A stretch of DNA of 64,000 nt from Penicillus capitatus (taxonomy: Eukaryota; Plantae; Chlorophyta), in the NCBI GenBank assembly GCA_965649825.1, contig OZ287714.1:62001-126000 (forward strand), written 5' to 3'. Both the position numbers and the translations under genes were made by a program. The stretch's first letter is position 1, and the number at the start of each line of letters is the position of its first letter. A model generated the notes under the pieces. It worked only from the letters and a program-made list of their open reading frames with translations, had not been told where the DNA came from and did no database searches. Shown in pieces: positions 62,301 to 64,000 of this stretch.

Positions 62301-64000
62301 CGCAGCATGGAGTGCAGGACGGAGCAGAACTTGCTGTCTGGCAGCCGTGCGGGATCGTCCACATGCACTGTGAGGAATCGGTTGGCCAGGGCGGCAGTCA
62401 GTTCGTTCGACGAGCTGTCGTATCCTCTCGAAGCAACGCCCTTCGGAGTGTGCGTTGCGATGAACTGGAATCCTGCCGCAGGCCCCGGCACCTTGGACAC
62501 CGTCCCATCTGCCAGGACGCGGCAACGCAGATTCTTCGTCTCCCCCTTCTCCGACAGGCAGAGGATCTTCGGCGACTCCAGTACGGGGTTGACGCGCTCC
62601 TGCAGCACTGCCTCTGCTTGACCGATGTTGTCCACGATGCAGGCGCTGCCATCTTTGAAGGACCTTGTCAGCGGACCGTCCCTCCACTCTATGGCGATGT
62701 CTTCACGGCTGTTCTCTTTGGGCAGGTGTTCTCCGAGCATGACGGAGGGTTCGCTCTCCGCGGTGAGCGTGACTTGCTCGTAGCGGTTTCTCAGGAGGAA
62801 GGCGATCGTCTTCGCCAAACAGGTCTTGCCCGATCCAGCACATCCCTCGATCAGAATGGGCTGCTCGCTCCGCAGCGCATTGACCAGCGCCGTCAGCAAC
62901 GCACATGTCTGATCATTGAGCGCCACGGGCATCTCCGGCACGACAGAGCCGCGGAAAGGCACGGAGGCTCGATCGACGTTCCACTTCGCCGCAAAGATGT
63001 CCAGGATGACCGTCCGGGCTTCGTCCGTCCTGAAAGCGGAGCAGTAGATCTCGGCGCCAAGTCGGCCTAACTCTTCCGGGCTGTCGCTTCTGAAGCACCC
63101 TGTCTGCAGGGCATCCGCTATCCACTGCGCCAACCAGAACTCGGAGAACGAACTGTACACCCCGTGACGTCGCATGAAGTCTGGATCGAGCACGGCTCGC
63201 GAGACATCTCCGTGGATGGACATGCATCGCTCGACCGTCTTGACGCTGTCGTCCGGCAATGCCTTTCCAGGGAAGTGTCTTTTCCAAAAGGCCCCCGCTT
63301 CGAATCCGCATCCCTGTCTGCCTTCCGATGTCAGAGCGCCGTATGCCTGCACCATTCTTTCGAAACTGGAAAGGGGTGTGCCCGACGGGGCGTTCTGCTG
63401 GCTGGCGGACAGGCCACTCTCGCTCAGGACGTCTCGAACCAGCTGCTGGCCGTCCTCCCTGAACCGGCTGCCGTAGATCAGCCATGCATAGTCGCCGAGC
63501 TCTTCGTCCGTCTTGGGCAGCTGTTCGGCGGTTGATATCATTGCTGTCCACATCAACAGCTCCCGGTTCGTGACGACGGTGTGGCTTCCCGTCTCGCAGC
63601 ACCTGCTCTGGATGGCTTCTCTGACGTCGCAATGGAAACCGGTCATCTTTCCTGCCACGGCGCGAATGAGATCCGTCTCTGCGCCTTCGAAGTGGCGATA
63701 CAGTGTCGACTGTACGATGTGATCCCACTCTTGCTTCGGCAGCTCCTTGAAGTGCACGACGGAGAACTGAGAGAAGAAGGCGTGGCTCATTCGCTCTCTC
63801 TTTCCAGCCTGCCACGGATTCTGGGTGGCAAACAGCCTGAAGTTTGGATGCTTCTTCAGAATGCGAGGAGGCGTCAGTGCAGAGCTCTGGTCGCAAAGCA
63901 CGATCTCGCCACTCTCCAATGCATCGACGACCACCTTGAGGGCGCTCTCCTCCGCCAGGTTCATCTCATCGAGCAGGACCCAGTCGCCTTTCTCGAAGCT
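41368..64000 (-). CDS. Giant midasin-related protein: 6 AAA+ modules, long linker, Ig-like repeats, 3 vWA domains; at least 7,509 aa, 5' end outside window
   Basis: Open frame 64000-42077 (7,308 codons), introns 42023-42076 and 41645-41693, stop TAG at 41368-41370. Walker A motifs GCAGSGKT, GKPAVGKT, GETSFKT, GPPGIGKT, GPTCSRKT plus a Walker B (WVLLDEMN) at the window edge; MIDAS motifs DNSGS, DISVS, DCTGS. Confidence 0.92.

Noticed and set aside
42236-63896. Many plus-strand and alternate-frame ORFs up to 534 aa (e.g. 61466-63070, 56048-57424, 59021-60328, 42638-43744)
   Set aside because: Antisense or off-frame shadows of the giant coding exon; no recognisable motifs.
41368-64000. Calling the giant gene simply MDN1
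   Set aside because: Length, Ig-like repeats, three vWA domains and the lack of a long D/E tail do not fit canonical midasin; no symbol assigned.

Overview
Compact eukaryotic nuclear DNA: about 25 genes, introns mostly 45-60 nt GT..AG, standard genetic code (TAA, TAG and TGA all used as stops). Plastid/thylakoid-targeted proteins, a WNK kinase and a SepSecS copy point to a green alga (inference). Bases 1-37,000 are mostly housekeeping genes (MSI1/RBBP4, GRAM-VASt, FKBP, PYM, APE2, WNK, PEX7, POP4, NDUFS8, NSA2, MFS transporter). Among them are a young gag-only LTR element (identical 338-bp LTRs, 5-bp TSD) inserted in exon 2 of an FHA-like gene, a tandem trio of unrecognised secreted cysteine-rich proteins, and an apparently catalytically dead JmjC-like gene. 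Bases ~37,000-41,300 hold decayed sequence: two LINE fragments and a frameshifted, truncated SepSecS fused to a piece of a JmjC-like gene. Bases 41,368-64,000 hold a minus-strand giant gene (at least 7,509 aa, 5' end outside the window): six midasin-type AAA+ modules, a long linker, Ig-like repeats and three tandem vWA domains, almost all in one ~21.9-kb exon. This is the strongest candidate for an undescribed system. All family assignments come from motif recognition by eye; no searches were run.
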